Part shown: piece by piece, positions 19,427 to 29,029 of the stretch | Position numbering within the stretch: position 1 is the first letter of the stretch | How the letters are laid out: every line of letters begins with the position of its first letter | DNA from: Gemmatimonadales bacterium | Lineage (GTDB): Bacteria > Gemmatimonadota > Gemmatimonadetes > Gemmatimonadales > GWC2-71-9 | DNA: 64,000 nt | Reading direction: 5' to 3' | Assembly (NCBI GenBank): GCA_965249575.1 | Contig: OZ252244.1 | Location: 1,984,001 to 2,048,000, forward strand | The notes under the pieces: generated by a model | The model's database searches: none | Told to the model about the DNA's origin: nothing | The model's input: the letters and a program-made list of their open reading frames with translations, nothing else | Made by a program: the position numbers and the translations under genes

Positions 19427-19726
19427 CTACTTGCTCTCCATTGGGCTGATGAGGTGGCGGCTGAGCTGTCGGTAGAGTGCCTCGCCCAACCCCCGGTCCA
19501 TTCGCATCGCCGCAGCCTCTGCCAGGTGCTCGTCGAATATCGCCGTGAACGTTTCGATCGCGGCTCCGCCGCCCAGCAACCCGCCGTCCGGAACGGTCTC
19601 GCGCATGGCCCGCATGACGTAGCTCATGAACACGCCCTCGAGCTGTTTGCTGGCGAGGCGGAGGCGCTCCGCCTCCGAAGCCAACCCATCGGCTGCGACG
19701 GGCGCCACCGGGTTGATGCTGCTCAT
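19427..19726 (-). CDS. flgJ: Short FlgJ rod-binding protein
   Basis: LRLASKQLEGVFMSYVMRAMRETVP...GLGEALYRQL. Confidence 0.85.
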   Translation of the reverse strand: MSSINPVAPVAADGLASEAERLRLASKQLEGVFMSYVMRAMRETVPDGGLLGGGAAIETFTAIFDEHLAEAAAMRMDRGLGEALYRQLSRHLISPMESK

Positions 19727-20751
19727 CGGACCAGCACCGTCGCTTGCAGCGCGCCGACGTCGCGCAGGGCTTCGAAGATGGTAGCGATCTCCGGCGGTCT
19801 CGCTCCAGCTGAATGGAGTGCGGCCGGAACCTCCTGAACCGAAGCGCCTACTGTGCCGTAGACTACGCCCGCCGGGGGTACCAAGTCTTGAGGTCCACCG
19901 ATCGTCAGGGTGAAGCCGCCGTGCGAAACCGATGCTGGTCCGACCGTCAAATCGCCGCCGGCGACCAACGTCCCGTCTTGAACATCAACTACCAGCTGAT
20001 TCCGCGCTGGGAGAACGACGGTGAGCGTTTCCACTGCCGCGACGAACGCCAAGGGATCGTCGCCGTTCTGATCACCCGGGTTGAGAGCCACCGAACCGGG
20101 GTCTTCAACGGATGCGGTGCCGTCGCCGAACGCTGCAGTGATTGCCTGCGCGATCCGCGTAGCGACTTCCAGACGAGGCCTTCGGAGAAAGAGGCGTGGA
20201 ACGCCGGTGGTGGCCAGCACCGGAGAGTCGACCTCGAGCACACCGCCGTCGGGGATCCGGCCCGCAGCCGTGCGGCGGGAGTATCCTCGGTTCGACTGCT
20301 CGTCGATGATTACCCGTCCCTGGCCCGTGGCCATCGATGGTTGTCCGACGTCAGTTATGAGCGGTGTCATCCAGAGAACGCCTCCCCGTAGGGACGTGGC
20401 GTCGCCGAGTGAGGCAACCTGCAGATCGAATCTTCCTCCGGCCCGCAGGTACGGAGACACCTCCGCCGTGACCAGTACCGCGGCGACGTTGCGGAGTCGC
20501 AGGCGTTCGGGTGGTACCGCGACATCGAACCGGCGAAGCAGGTTCGCCACCGAGGTCACCGTGTGAACGGCGCCGACCGACGATCCAAAGCTTCGGTCAC
20601 CGGTCCCACCGAGACCGACGACCAACCCGTAGCCGACCACTCGGCGCGGGACGTCCCGCTCCAGGGTCACCAGGGCACCAATCGGTGTCTGCTGCGCCCC
20701 TAGTGGAATGGCAATGGTTGCCAGCAAGGCGACGAGCGCGCATCGCGTCAT
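19723..20751 (-). CDS. flgI: Flagellar P-ring protein FlgI
   Basis: Own ATG at 20751 with signal peptide; GYGLVVGLGGTGD, NVAAVLVTA and GDATSLRGGVL. It forms the C-terminal part of the 732 aa track ORF. Confidence 0.92.
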   Translation of the reverse strand: MTRCALVALLATIAIPLGAQQTPIGALVTLERDVPRRVVGYGLVVGLGGTGDRSFGSSVGAVHTVTSVANLLRRFDVAVPPERLRLRNVAAVLVTAEVSPYLRAGGRFDLQVASLGDATSLRGGVLWMTPLITDVGQPSMATGQGRVIIDEQSNRGYSRRTAAGRIPDGGVLEVDSPVLATTGVPRLFLRRPRLEVATRIAQAITAAFGDGTASVEDPGSVALNPGDQNGDDPLAFVAAVETLTVVLPARNQLVVDVQDGTLVAGGDLTVGPASVSHGGFTLTIGGPQDLVPPAGVVYGTVGASVQEVPAALHSAGARPPEIATIFEALRDVGALQATVLVR

Positions 20752-20759
20752 GATCACGG

Positions 20760-21262
20760 CTAAAAGATCCCCAGAATCTTGCCAATGATTCCCTTCTTTG
20801 GCCCGATACCCTTGCCCTTGTAGGAGATGTTCGCGTTCGCGAGTCGGGACGAAAGCACCATGTTGTGCTGGTTCACGTCTTCCGCCCGCACGAGGCCGGT
20901 TAGCTCCAGCTCCTGCTGGCGTCCGTCGACCTTCACCATTCGGGTTCCTTCGACTCGCAGTGAACCGTCGGACTCGATGGCGGCGACCCGCACGCTCATC
21001 GTCGCGAAGAGTGATCCCCGGCGATCGCTTCGCCCGTCCTCCCGCGACGACGCGTCCATTCCGGTCGATAGACCCAACGGCAGCGCGGATGGAAGCGCGA
21101 TCGTGCCGGCCGACAAGTCGGCGGCTCCGGTTTGGCCGCGCGACGAACTCGCGACACGGTCGGTCCGTTCGCTCGCTACTGCCTGCTCGTCGATCAGCAC
21201 GGTGAGGATGTCGCCAACCGTGAAGTTGCGGCGGTCGGAAGTCCATGACGCGCGCGCGGCCC
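20760..21262 (-). pseudogene. flgH: Flagellar L-ring protein FlgH lacking its start and signal peptide
   Basis: SWTSDRRNFTVGDILTVLIDE...LTGLVRAEDV...SSRLANANISYKG; an in-frame TGA lies just upstream with no start codon after it. Confidence 0.85.
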
Positions 21263-21921
21263 GCGCGGACGGATCCGTCGTTCAGGGCCATGCCTCGAGC
21301 GTGACCTTGGCGGCGGTCGATTCTTACGGTTACCGGGTCGCCGGGAGCGGCTTCGTTGAGTGCTACTCCGCGCATTTCGACGCGTACGTTTCCGCGCCGA
21401 ACCACGAGGCGCACCCGTGTACCAGCGGCGACCACGGGGGCCGGCGTGACGACACCGACCCGCAGTGCCTCGCCGGCGCGAACGGGTCGCCGAAGCACCC
21501 AGCCCAACTGTAGCCGCTGGCCGGGTTGCCCCAGTTCCGGTCTCCAACGAACACGTGGCTCATAGCGAAAGTCGCCACTGGCCAGCGTTTCCCCCGCCAA
21601 CAACGGCCGGGTCGCCACGGGGACATCAATGTGGATACCTGCCCGCAAACGGGCGGCTACGGGCGCCGCGGCACGCGGTTCGAACACCACGGAAAACCAC
21701 CCGTCCCCGCCGCCGTGAATGCGGAAGGACGTGGAGTCGTGCAGCGCGTCGGGGCGGCGGATCTGCCCCCATGAGAGTACGACGCTATCTCGGTGAACGC
21801 CGAGCCTTGGCGCGACCGCGGCCGCAACCGAGGCTTGTAGTGCCTCCGGTACGCCGTCCTGGGCGAAGGCCGGCATGGCAAGCAACATCAGGGGGAGCGC
21901 CAGCCTAGCGCATGAGGCCAT
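21263..21921 (-). pseudogene. flgA: P-ring chaperone FlgA lacking its stop codon
   Basis: Signal peptide, SAF-like VPVATRPLLAGETL, RVEMRGVALNEAAPGDPVTVR; the frame runs on into out-of-frame flgH. Confidence 0.8.
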
Positions 21922-22696
21922 TGACTGCCTCGATCATTTCTTCTGCGGTTCGGATCGCGCGAGCGTTGATCTCATACGCGCGCTGAGCCGCGATCATGTC
22001 CACCATCTCCTGCACGATCTCAACATTGCTTCCCTCGAGCGCACCACCCATGAGACGTCCGAACCCGTCTTCTTGCGGTACGCCCGGTATGGGTTCGCCT
22101 GACGCGGCGGTCTCGCCGAAGAGGTTCTCCCCCAGGCTCTCGAGGCCCGACGGATTGACGAACCGCGCGAGCTCGATGCGCCCGAGTTCGATCGGAGTGC
22201 TCCCGTTCGCTACCTGGGCTGTAAGGACGCCGCTCGGTGCGGTAGCAACTGACGTTGCGTCTGGTGGAACGTTGATCGGCGGCTGAAGGAGATGGCCGCC
22301 GTTCGTGACCAGGGCTCCCGTATCCGAGATCGTGAACGTACCGTCCCGAGTGTAGCCTAGCGTGCCGTCGGGGCGAAGCACCTGGAAGAACCCTTCGCCC
22401 TCGATCGCGAGATCGAGCGGCTGTCCCGTCATCTCGACGTGCCCCTGCGTATGGATGCGCTGAATTGCCGCGAGGCGCACGCCGTGCCCGAGCTGTATGG
22501 GAGCCAGGGTGCCCGCTTGGGCGTAGTTGACGACGCGAGCCCCCTGCAACGTCTCGTAGAAGACATCTTCGAAGGTGACCCTGCCGCGCTTGAAGCCACT
22601 CGTGTTGACGTTCGCCAAGTTGTGGGCGATGACGTCAACCCGAAGTTGCTGCGCCCGCATTCCGCTGGCGGATGTCCGAAGTGCTGGGTTCATCAA
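21905..22696 (-). CDS. flgG: Flagellar distal rod protein FlgG
   Basis: IAHNLANVNTSGFK, DLAIEGEGFFQV, YTRDG and LEGSNVEIVQEMVDMIAAQRAYEIN. Confidence 0.95.
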   Translation of the reverse strand: MMNPALRTSASGMRAQQLRVDVIAHNLANVNTSGFKRGRVTFEDVFYETLQGARVVNYAQAGTLAPIQLGHGVRLAAIQRIHTQGHVEMTGQPLDLAIEGEGFFQVLRPDGTLGYTRDGTFTISDTGALVTNGGHLLQPPINVPPDATSVATAPSGVLTAQVANGSTPIELGRIELARFVNPSGLESLGENLFGETAASGEPIPGVPQEDGFGRLMGGALEGSNVEIVQEMVDMIAAQRAYEINARAIRTAEEMIEAVNGLMR

Positions 22697-22722
22697 AAAC
22701 TCCCCTCGTGCGGTGCTGCGTG

Positions 22723-23062
22723 TCAGACCCTGCCGGTATCGTTGACCAGCGTTGCGGTCGCGGCGTCTTGCGCTCGCAGTGCCTCGAGATTGGCGCCGTA
22801 TGCGCGTTGCATCGTGATGAGTTCAACCATCCCACGAATCGGATCGACGTTCGCGTCTTCGAGCGTGGCCTGGCGGAGCTTCGTCAGACCGATGTCGACC
22901 GGTTTCACGGGTCCGGGAGCGAAAAACTGGCCCGCGCCTTCCTTCTGCAGGGTTGCGGGTTCTTCCGGGTTGACTATTCGTAACCGATCGATCAACACGT
23001 CGTTCACGAGCACAGAACCGTCGACCTGGAGACGTGTTTGCCCCGGTGGCAGCGCGACGGGC
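22723..23062 (-). pseudogene. flgF: C-terminal half of rod protein FlgF, fused in frame to fliR
   Basis: LRQATLEDANVDPIRGMVELITMQRAYGAN rod-protein C-terminus, directly upstream of flgG. Confidence 0.85.
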
Positions 23063-23631
23063 GCTGCGATGCTCACGGCAGTGCTGAAGACGACACTGAC
23101 CTGCGGAATCAGTGCTGTCATGCCCGCGAGGAGATCTGCCTGGCCTCCCGGGGGGATACCGTCGAAGCTGCGAGCCAAGCCGCGAATGGCCACGAGGTGC
23201 CCGCCCATTGCGAGATAGAGCGCCAGCTCCATGAGGTTGCCCAAGCGCCCCACCTCGCCCTCGGTGGTCTCGAGCGTCGGATCGACGGCCGACGCGATGT
23301 GCAGTCCCATCTGCACGCCGATTACCTCACCTGCCAGGGAGACGGCGTGCATGAAGAGCGCCGCCGCCAAGCCGATGGCGACCCCAACTAGTAACTCCGT
23401 GGCGATGACGAATGGCAGTTCGAGGCTGACGGCGGATGGCTCGATGTGCGGAACGGTCGGCACCACGGAAAGGGTCAGCCCAACCGCAAACGCCGCCCGG
23501 ACGCGCCCCGGAATCGTGGCCATCGAGAACACTGGTCCCGCGAGAACCATCCCGGCCACGCGGGACGACACGATCGCGAAGGTCGGCCAGCCACTTGGGG
23601 CTATGGCGTCGAGGATCGGAGCCTGGATCAC
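23056..23631 (-). pseudogene. fliR: 3'-truncated export gate protein FliR
   Basis: RVAGMVLAGPVFS, ELLVGVAIG, AGEVIGVQMGL, GHLVAIRGLARSF, ending at AVSIAAPV; GTG overlaps the fliQ stop. Confidence 0.88.
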
Positions 23632-23897
23632 GAAACGAGCGTAGGCACGCTGCGAAGCGTCTCGATTAGGTAGCGAACCAGCTGTCGCAGCATCCACGGC
23701 ATGGTCAGGACCAACACGGCGGCTAGCGCGGCGACCTTGGGGACGAACGTGAGGGTCTGTTCCTGAATCTGCGTGACGGCTTGGACGACGCTAACCGCGA
23801 CGCCGACGATCAGCGTCGTCAGGAGAAGCGGTCCCGCGACGAGGAGCGCCACCATAACGGCGCGTCGGACGAGCTCGACGACCAAGACGGAGGACAT
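23628..23897 (-). CDS. fliQ: Export gate protein FliQ
   Basis: VSVVQAVTQIQEQTLTFVPK. Confidence 0.95.
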   Translation of the reverse strand: MSSVLVVELVRRAVMVALLVAGPLLLTTLIVGVAVSVVQAVTQIQEQTLTFVPKVAALAAVLVLTMPWMLRQLVRYLIETLRSVPTLVS

Positions 23898-23903
23898 GCG
23901 GCG

Positions 23904-25004
23904 CTAGCCCCGGAAGCTCGCGGCGAGGTTTTGAATGACCAGAGTCCACCCATCGGCGAGCACAAAGAGCAACAGCTTGAACGGGATCGATATCATGACC
24001 GGACGCAACATGAACATGCCCATGCTGACCAACACCGATGCGACGATTAGGTCGATCACGATGAACGGCAGAAAGATCACGAACCCGATCTGGAACGCCG
24101 CCTGGAGCTCGCTGGTGATGAAGGCGCTGGCGACGACGGTTGTCGGAATGTCATCGATCGTTGCGAGGCTGTCGGTCTGTGAGAGCTCAGTAAAAACCGT
24201 CAGGTTCTCCTCGCGCGTGTTGCGAAGCATGAACTCCCGGAAGGGAGTCAACGCAGCCCTGTAGGCGTCCGCTTGGCTGATCTGTCCCCCGAGATAGGGC
24301 TGAAGGGCCACGGTGTTTGCCTCCCGAACGGTCGGCGCCATCACGACCCCGCTCAGCATCACGGCCATCGCTATGAGCAGCTGGGACGGCGGCGTACTCT
24401 GCGTGCCCAACGCCATCCGCAGGAAATGCAGCACGACGAGAATGCGCGTGAAGCTGGTCATGAGCAGAACCAGCGTCGGCAGCAGGGTGAGAACACCCAT
24501 GAGCACGACGATTCCCACAGCTCCCGAGAACTCGAGACTGTCTTGGCCGGAACCCAATTGGATCTGGAATTGCGGCGCGACGATCGCCGATGTCGGAGGT
24601 GAGGTCGGCGTCGCCTGGGCGTGGCAAATGACAGGCGTGAGCCAGAGCGCGGCCGCGAGCGGTAACCAAGTCGATAGGCCAGGCGACTTGCGTTCCGGCA
24701 AGCCGCCATGCCGACCTTTGGTGGGCGATTCCTTCAGGGCCTGCTGGAGATGTTGTCCCGCCAGTTCGGCAAGGAGGCGCGAGCCCTGATCCGAGAGGGA
24801 CACCACGAGTACCCGATCGCCAACTCGAAGCAGGCCGATGCCCTGGCGTGGCCCCGTGGCAATGCGTTGAATCAACGCCAGTGGAATGACATGTCGGCTG
24901 GTGACGGACCCGTGCATCCATCGACGCAAGAAATGGAGGCCGACGACGAGTACCCCGATCGTTAGGGCGAGCGAGGCGGCCACGCCTAGTACGGCAGCTC
25001 CCAC
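23904..25004 (-). CDS. fliP: FliO-FliP fusion protein
   Basis: N-terminal TM plus GPRQGIGLLRVGDRVLVVS (FliO-like), then MTSFTRILVVL, SELQAAFQIGF and PFKLLLFVLADGW (FliP). Confidence 0.88.
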   Translation of the reverse strand: MGAAVLGVAASLALTIGVLVVGLHFLRRWMHGSVTSRHVIPLALIQRIATGPRQGIGLLRVGDRVLVVSLSDQGSRLLAELAGQHLQQALKESPTKGRHGGLPERKSPGLSTWLPLAAALWLTPVICHAQATPTSPPTSAIVAPQFQIQLGSGQDSLEFSGAVGIVVLMGVLTLLPTLVLLMTSFTRILVVLHFLRMALGTQSTPPSQLLIAMAVMLSGVVMAPTVREANTVALQPYLGGQISQADAYRAALTPFREFMLRNTREENLTVFTELSQTDSLATIDDIPTTVVASAFITSELQAAFQIGFVIFLPFIVIDLIVASVLVSMGMFMLRPVMISIPFKLLLFVLADGWTLVIQNLAASFRG

Positions 25005-25367
25005 CTACGACTGTCCCGACGACATGTTGCCCGGCGAGATGATGCGGGTGATCCGAACTCCGAATTGCTCGCCGATCACGACAACTTCACCCTCCGCGAG
25101 TTTCCGGTCGCTCACGAATACGTCAACCGGCTCGCCCGCGAGTCGGTCGAGCTGAATCACTGAGCCTCGCCCAAGCTGAAGGATGTCCTGCACCGTCATG
25201 TGCGTTCTGCCAAACTCGATGGACAGGGGAAGCGACAGATCGGAAAGCACGTCGAGGGAGGCCCCGTGACCGCCATTTGCCGTGCCGGCCGTGTTTAGCT
25301 CATCGAAGGCGGCCGGCGAGGGATCGTTCGGCCGCGATTCGCTCTGTGGAGTAGCGTCGTCAGTCAT
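25005..25367 (-). CDS. fliN: Motor switch protein FliN
   Basis: LSIEFGRT...GSVIQLDRLAGEPVD...AEGEVVVIGEQFGVRIT. Confidence 0.95.
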   Translation of the reverse strand: MTDDATPQSESRPNDPSPAAFDELNTAGTANGGHGASLDVLSDLSLPLSIEFGRTHMTVQDILQLGRGSVIQLDRLAGEPVDVFVSDRKLAEGEVVVIGEQFGVRITRIISPGNMSSGQS

Positions 25368-26055
25368 GAGATGAGGTGGCCCTTTGGCGCCGTACGTGCC
25401 GGGTCACGAGGCGCGTCGGTTGTGGGTTCCGTGATTTGTAGCGCGAGAAACTGTCGGACCCGGCCAGGCATGGCGAGGTACCGGCGGCGGTCGCCTACAT
25501 GGACTTCGATCGGAACGTCAGACGGCAGGCCGGCGTTGATGACCGATCCGGGAGCTAGCGACTTGACATCGCCCATTGAGAGTCGGAAGCAGGGGAGCCG
25601 GGCTGTCACCCGTTGGCTAGCCGTTCGGAGAATCGACTCCAGCAACGGGCGGCTCGTCGTTCGATCGATGGCAGCTTTGGCCGGCCCGTGAAGTCGACCC
25701 ACCGGGACATTCAGGAAGGTCTCAAGGGCCTGTAGTGGGAGGCACACGGAGAGGGTCGAGGAGGTGCCTCCGCACCGGGTGTCAAGGGCCACGACGAGCA
25801 TGTGATCGTCCCGATTACTGATGCCCAAGAGGTCGGGCGTCGACTCGAACGCCGTTTGCCGTGGAGCGAACTGGATGTCGTCCTGCCAGGCCTCGGCAAA
25901 GAGGACGAGGGCTCTATCGGAGACTCCCTTGACTACAAGACGCTCCAACGGCGTCAGTGGCCTCGCGATACTGGCCTCCTCGCCCGGTCCGCCGAAGAGC
26001 CGGTCGACGAGGAGGTATGCCAGCTCATTGCCGAAATCCAACACACCCTCGCGAA
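25364..26055 (-). pseudogene. fliM: 5'-truncated motor switch protein FliM
   Basis: LVDRLFGGPG...RPLTPLE and a C-terminal SpoA domain; the N-terminal third, including the LSQxEID CheY-binding peptide, is missing. Confidence 0.85.
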
Positions 26056-26571
26056 CTGGATGACGAATTGCGGGAGGTACACCTGAAGGTCGGCGCCGGG
26101 GTTTAGGAGCTCGGCCACGGCCACCCGCAACGCCTCCTTAAGGCTGTCGCGGGCGCCGGGCATCGTGAGCTCCTGCAGGTCCCTCGCCTCGAATACCGAC
26201 GTGATGAGATCCCGGATGTGGGGCTCTCGTTCGATCAGAGTCTGCTCTTCAAGTTCGGTCGTGACCTCGAGGGCGACTGAAGCCATGACGAAGCGGGTCC
26301 CATGGCTACCCGCGGGATTGACCACGAGGTTACCCACCTCGAACATCCGTCCGACCGGGCGATCCTGCTCCGTCGAGGCACCCGATTCCGCTTCCGCGTG
26401 CTCGTCTTGGTTCGCCGTGAGCTGCGGAGCGACGGCAAAGCGCGCCGTCAGGATGCCGAACAGAGCGGCACCGCCGATGACCGCGGGGGTCATCCACCGC
26501 TTGGCCTTCGGGGGGGTCGCCGCTGGAGCTTCTTCGGCCTGATCCGTTTGGGCTGCTGGGTCACCGGCCAT
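26056..26571 (-). CDS. fliL: FliL with stop codon lost (reads through to 25954)
   Basis: Single TM, LVVNPAGS, PHIRDLI and the typical terminus VYLPQFVIQ, followed by 33 extra residues. Confidence 0.85.
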
Positions 26572-26646
26572 GATCCCGTTCCGTGCGGGCCATCCGGATT
26601 CCGCCCTTCATGGGCGGCGTGGGGCCACATCGCGGAGAGGCCAAAA

Positions 26647-26735
26647 GGCAAGGCACATACCAAGCTGCGTCTCGGGGCTGCCGAGCGGCACACCCGGGCT
26701 CGACTATCGATAAGCCATTGACTTACAACGATATA
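26647..26735 (-). promoter_or_regulatory. sigma54-like promoter of the fliL operon with upstream IHF-like site
   Basis: Minus-strand TGGTAT-N5-TTGCC at 26662-26647; AGTCAATGGCTTA at 26723-26711 has one mismatch to WATCAA-N4-TTR. Confidence 0.65.
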
Positions 26736-26855
26736 GCATGCGTCGTGCGCAGGCTGTCGAGTCGGTGAAATCCAGGGTCGGGGGCCACCGAGAGCCACTC
26801 GCCGTCACCGTCAGGAAAGCGCTTCCGAATGGGGCGGATAAAATTGCCGGGTGGG

Positions 26856-26888
26856 GACGACCGCCGCGCCATAGGCGCGGCGGCCGTC
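26856..26888 (-). terminator. GC-rich hairpin after flgE
   Basis: CCGCCGCGCC-ATA-GGCGCGGCGG perfect 10 bp stem extended by GACG/CGTC, next to the flgE stop; no U-tract. Confidence 0.6.
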
Positions 26889-26895
26889 GGTGGGA

Positions 26896-28968
26896 CTATC
26901 GCTTCAGATTGGTCAGCTCGCTGAGCATCTCATCCGCAGTCGTAATAACCCGGGCGTTCGCCTGGAAGCCCCTCTGCGAAATGATCATACTCGTGAACTC
27001 CTCGGCCAGGTTCACGTTGGAACTCTCCAGAGCACCGGAGGTGATGCTGGATTGACTACTAGTGCCCGATGCGCCGACCACCGGGGCGCCCGAGCTACCG
27101 GCGGCGGCGTACATGTTGTCGCCCCGCCGGAGCAGGCCCGAGGGATTGTTGAATCCAACCAGCGCGATCTGCGCCAGCGCCTGGCTCACGCCATTGCTGA
27201 AGAAGCCGGTGATCACACCACCGTTATCGATGCTGAAATCCTGGAGGGTCCCCATGGTGTAGCCATCCTGGCTTTGGGCAACCGCGCTGAACGGCGCAGC
27301 AAACTGAGACAATCCGACGATGCTCCCCGGAGCTCCGGCATCGAACTCGATGTCAACGGGCGGAGTTGCCCCGGTCCCAGGGTCGAACTGGAAGCTGGTC
27401 GCACCGCCGTCATAGGCGAACGTCTGCATCCGCCCGTCGGCGTCAAAAGTGACGGAGCCGGTGGTGCCCGCCGTCACTGTTGCCGGGCTGGGGACCGTGA
27501 CCGCCCAAGTCCAGCGGTTGGCGGTCGTTGCGTCCTTGGTCAGAGTCATCTGCAGCGTGTGCGGCGTGCCGAGCGAGTCAAATACCGTGATGGACGCATT
27601 GTGCACCACATCGCCCGCCGCCTGCTGCTGCACATAGTTGCCGGGCTGGCTGTTGAAGATGGAGTCAAAAACCGGCGCCCCACCCCCGCTGACGCGGATG
27701 TTGAGGGCCGTAAGCGCGTTCACGAGCCCTCCGTCCCCGGTAATGCTCACGGCTCCCGCAGAGGTGCTCGCAGTGCCCGTGGTGTTCGTGAGGCCCAACG
27801 TGTTGTCGATCGCGTTGAGCAGGTCGTTGTAGGTCCCCCCTGTCACGCCGAGGCTTCCCTGCGTCACTGGCGCACCACCCTTGTCGGCGTCCATGAGGAT
27901 GGTCTGGCCACCCGCGAGCCCCAGACTCGAGCCGGTACCGTCACGCAGGATGGTGAGTGCGTCGGTTCCAACCGCGGTGTGGCTGAACTCGTCTGTCGTC
28001 GAGGTCGCGGCCGCCGCGAGGCTGCCGTTCGCGGCCGCGAGAGCCTGATCAAGGGTGCTACTGGTCGAAGACATGTCGAGCACGATGGGTGCACCGCCGG
28101 CCGTCAGCTGGATCGCGCCGGTGGCGTTGTCGAGCGCCGCCGTCATGGTGGCGAAGTCGGTGTTGATCTCGGCGATGAGATCATTCAACGAGTGGAAGGC
28201 CTTGTCGCCGGCCCCAGTGTCAATGCTGACGTAGGTGTACGTTTCGGTCGTCGTACCGTCGCTCACCGTGACGGTCGTGCTACTCGGTGTCATCCCGAGG
28301 ATCTGGGTGTTCGCGGTCCCCGCAGCGAAGAGCCCGTTTACGTCTGATCCCAGACCGCCGTTGCTGGTCGTCTGCTCGATCCCGTAAATCACTCCACTTG
28401 TGACGAGCACGGTGCCGGGGGGTACCGCGCTGGCGTCAAGGTTTCCTGCGAAGGACACTCGCTCCGTTGCCCTGGCTGGTGTCGTCTGGCCGAATGGCAG
28501 GACGATGTCGTCCAACGCGCTGTTGCTCACGATCTGGCCAGTCGGATCGGCGTTCCACCCTTGTACCGTAAAGCCGTTCGTCGGGGCGACCAGCCGGCCG
28601 CTGGCGTCGAGCTTGAAGTTACCAGCGCGGGTGTAAAACTGGCCGGTCCCACTAGACACCGCGAAGAAAGCGTCGCCTTGGATAGCGAGGTCCGTGGCCT
28701 GGCCGGTGTTTTCGAGGTTCCCCTGCGTGAAGTTCTGATCTACGCTGCCGATGTTCATGCCCAATCCAATCTGGATCGGATTCACGCCACCCTGATTGGC
28801 TGGTGCGCGTGATCCTCCCTGCAATAACTGCGTGAAGGCTTCCTCGAAGGTCACTCGAGAGGCCTTGAACGCGACGGTGTTGACGTTCGCGATGTTGTTG
28901 CCGATGACGTCCATCCTGGTCTGGTGGTTGCGCAGGCCGGAGACACCGGCGAAAAGGGCGCGCATCAT
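26896..28968 (-). CDS. flgE: Flagellar hook protein FlgE (long form, 690 aa)
   Basis: MDVIGNNIANVNT, DLAIQGDAFF, YTRAGNF and LESSNVNLAEEFTSMIISQRGFQANAR. Confidence 0.95.
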   Translation of the reverse strand: MMRALFAGVSGLRNHQTRMDVIGNNIANVNTVAFKASRVTFEEAFTQLLQGGSRAPANQGGVNPIQIGLGMNIGSVDQNFTQGNLENTGQATDLAIQGDAFFAVSSGTGQFYTRAGNFKLDASGRLVAPTNGFTVQGWNADPTGQIVSNSALDDIVLPFGQTTPARATERVSFAGNLDASAVPPGTVLVTSGVIYGIEQTTSNGGLGSDVNGLFAAGTANTQILGMTPSSTTVTVSDGTTTETYTYVSIDTGAGDKAFHSLNDLIAEINTDFATMTAALDNATGAIQLTAGGAPIVLDMSSTSSTLDQALAAANGSLAAAATSTTDEFSHTAVGTDALTILRDGTGSSLGLAGGQTILMDADKGGAPVTQGSLGVTGGTYNDLLNAIDNTLGLTNTTGTASTSAGAVSITGDGGLVNALTALNIRVSGGGAPVFDSIFNSQPGNYVQQQAAGDVVHNASITVFDSLGTPHTLQMTLTKDATTANRWTWAVTVPSPATVTAGTTGSVTFDADGRMQTFAYDGGATSFQFDPGTGATPPVDIEFDAGAPGSIVGLSQFAAPFSAVAQSQDGYTMGTLQDFSIDNGGVITGFFSNGVSQALAQIALVGFNNPSGLLRRGDNMYAAAGSSGAPVVGASGTSSQSSITSGALESSNVNLAEEFTSMIISQRGFQANARVITTADEMLSELTNLKR

Positions 28969-29029
28969 GATTCAGTATTCTCCCAAGTTGTAAGGGGTAG
29001 CGCGTGTGAACGGCGGAGTACGGATGCCG

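Noticed and set aside
19723..21921. 732 aa ORF as a genuine FlgA-FlgI fusion gene
   Set aside because: The middle is flgH read out of frame (Arg-rich nonsense), and flgI has its own ATG and signal peptide.
26890..28347. Long antisense or alternate-frame ORFs (485 aa here, 578 aa at 55904, 441 aa at 37455, 436 aa at 49870)
   Set aside because: Shadow ORFs of high-GC genes with no motifs, opposite well-supported CDSs.
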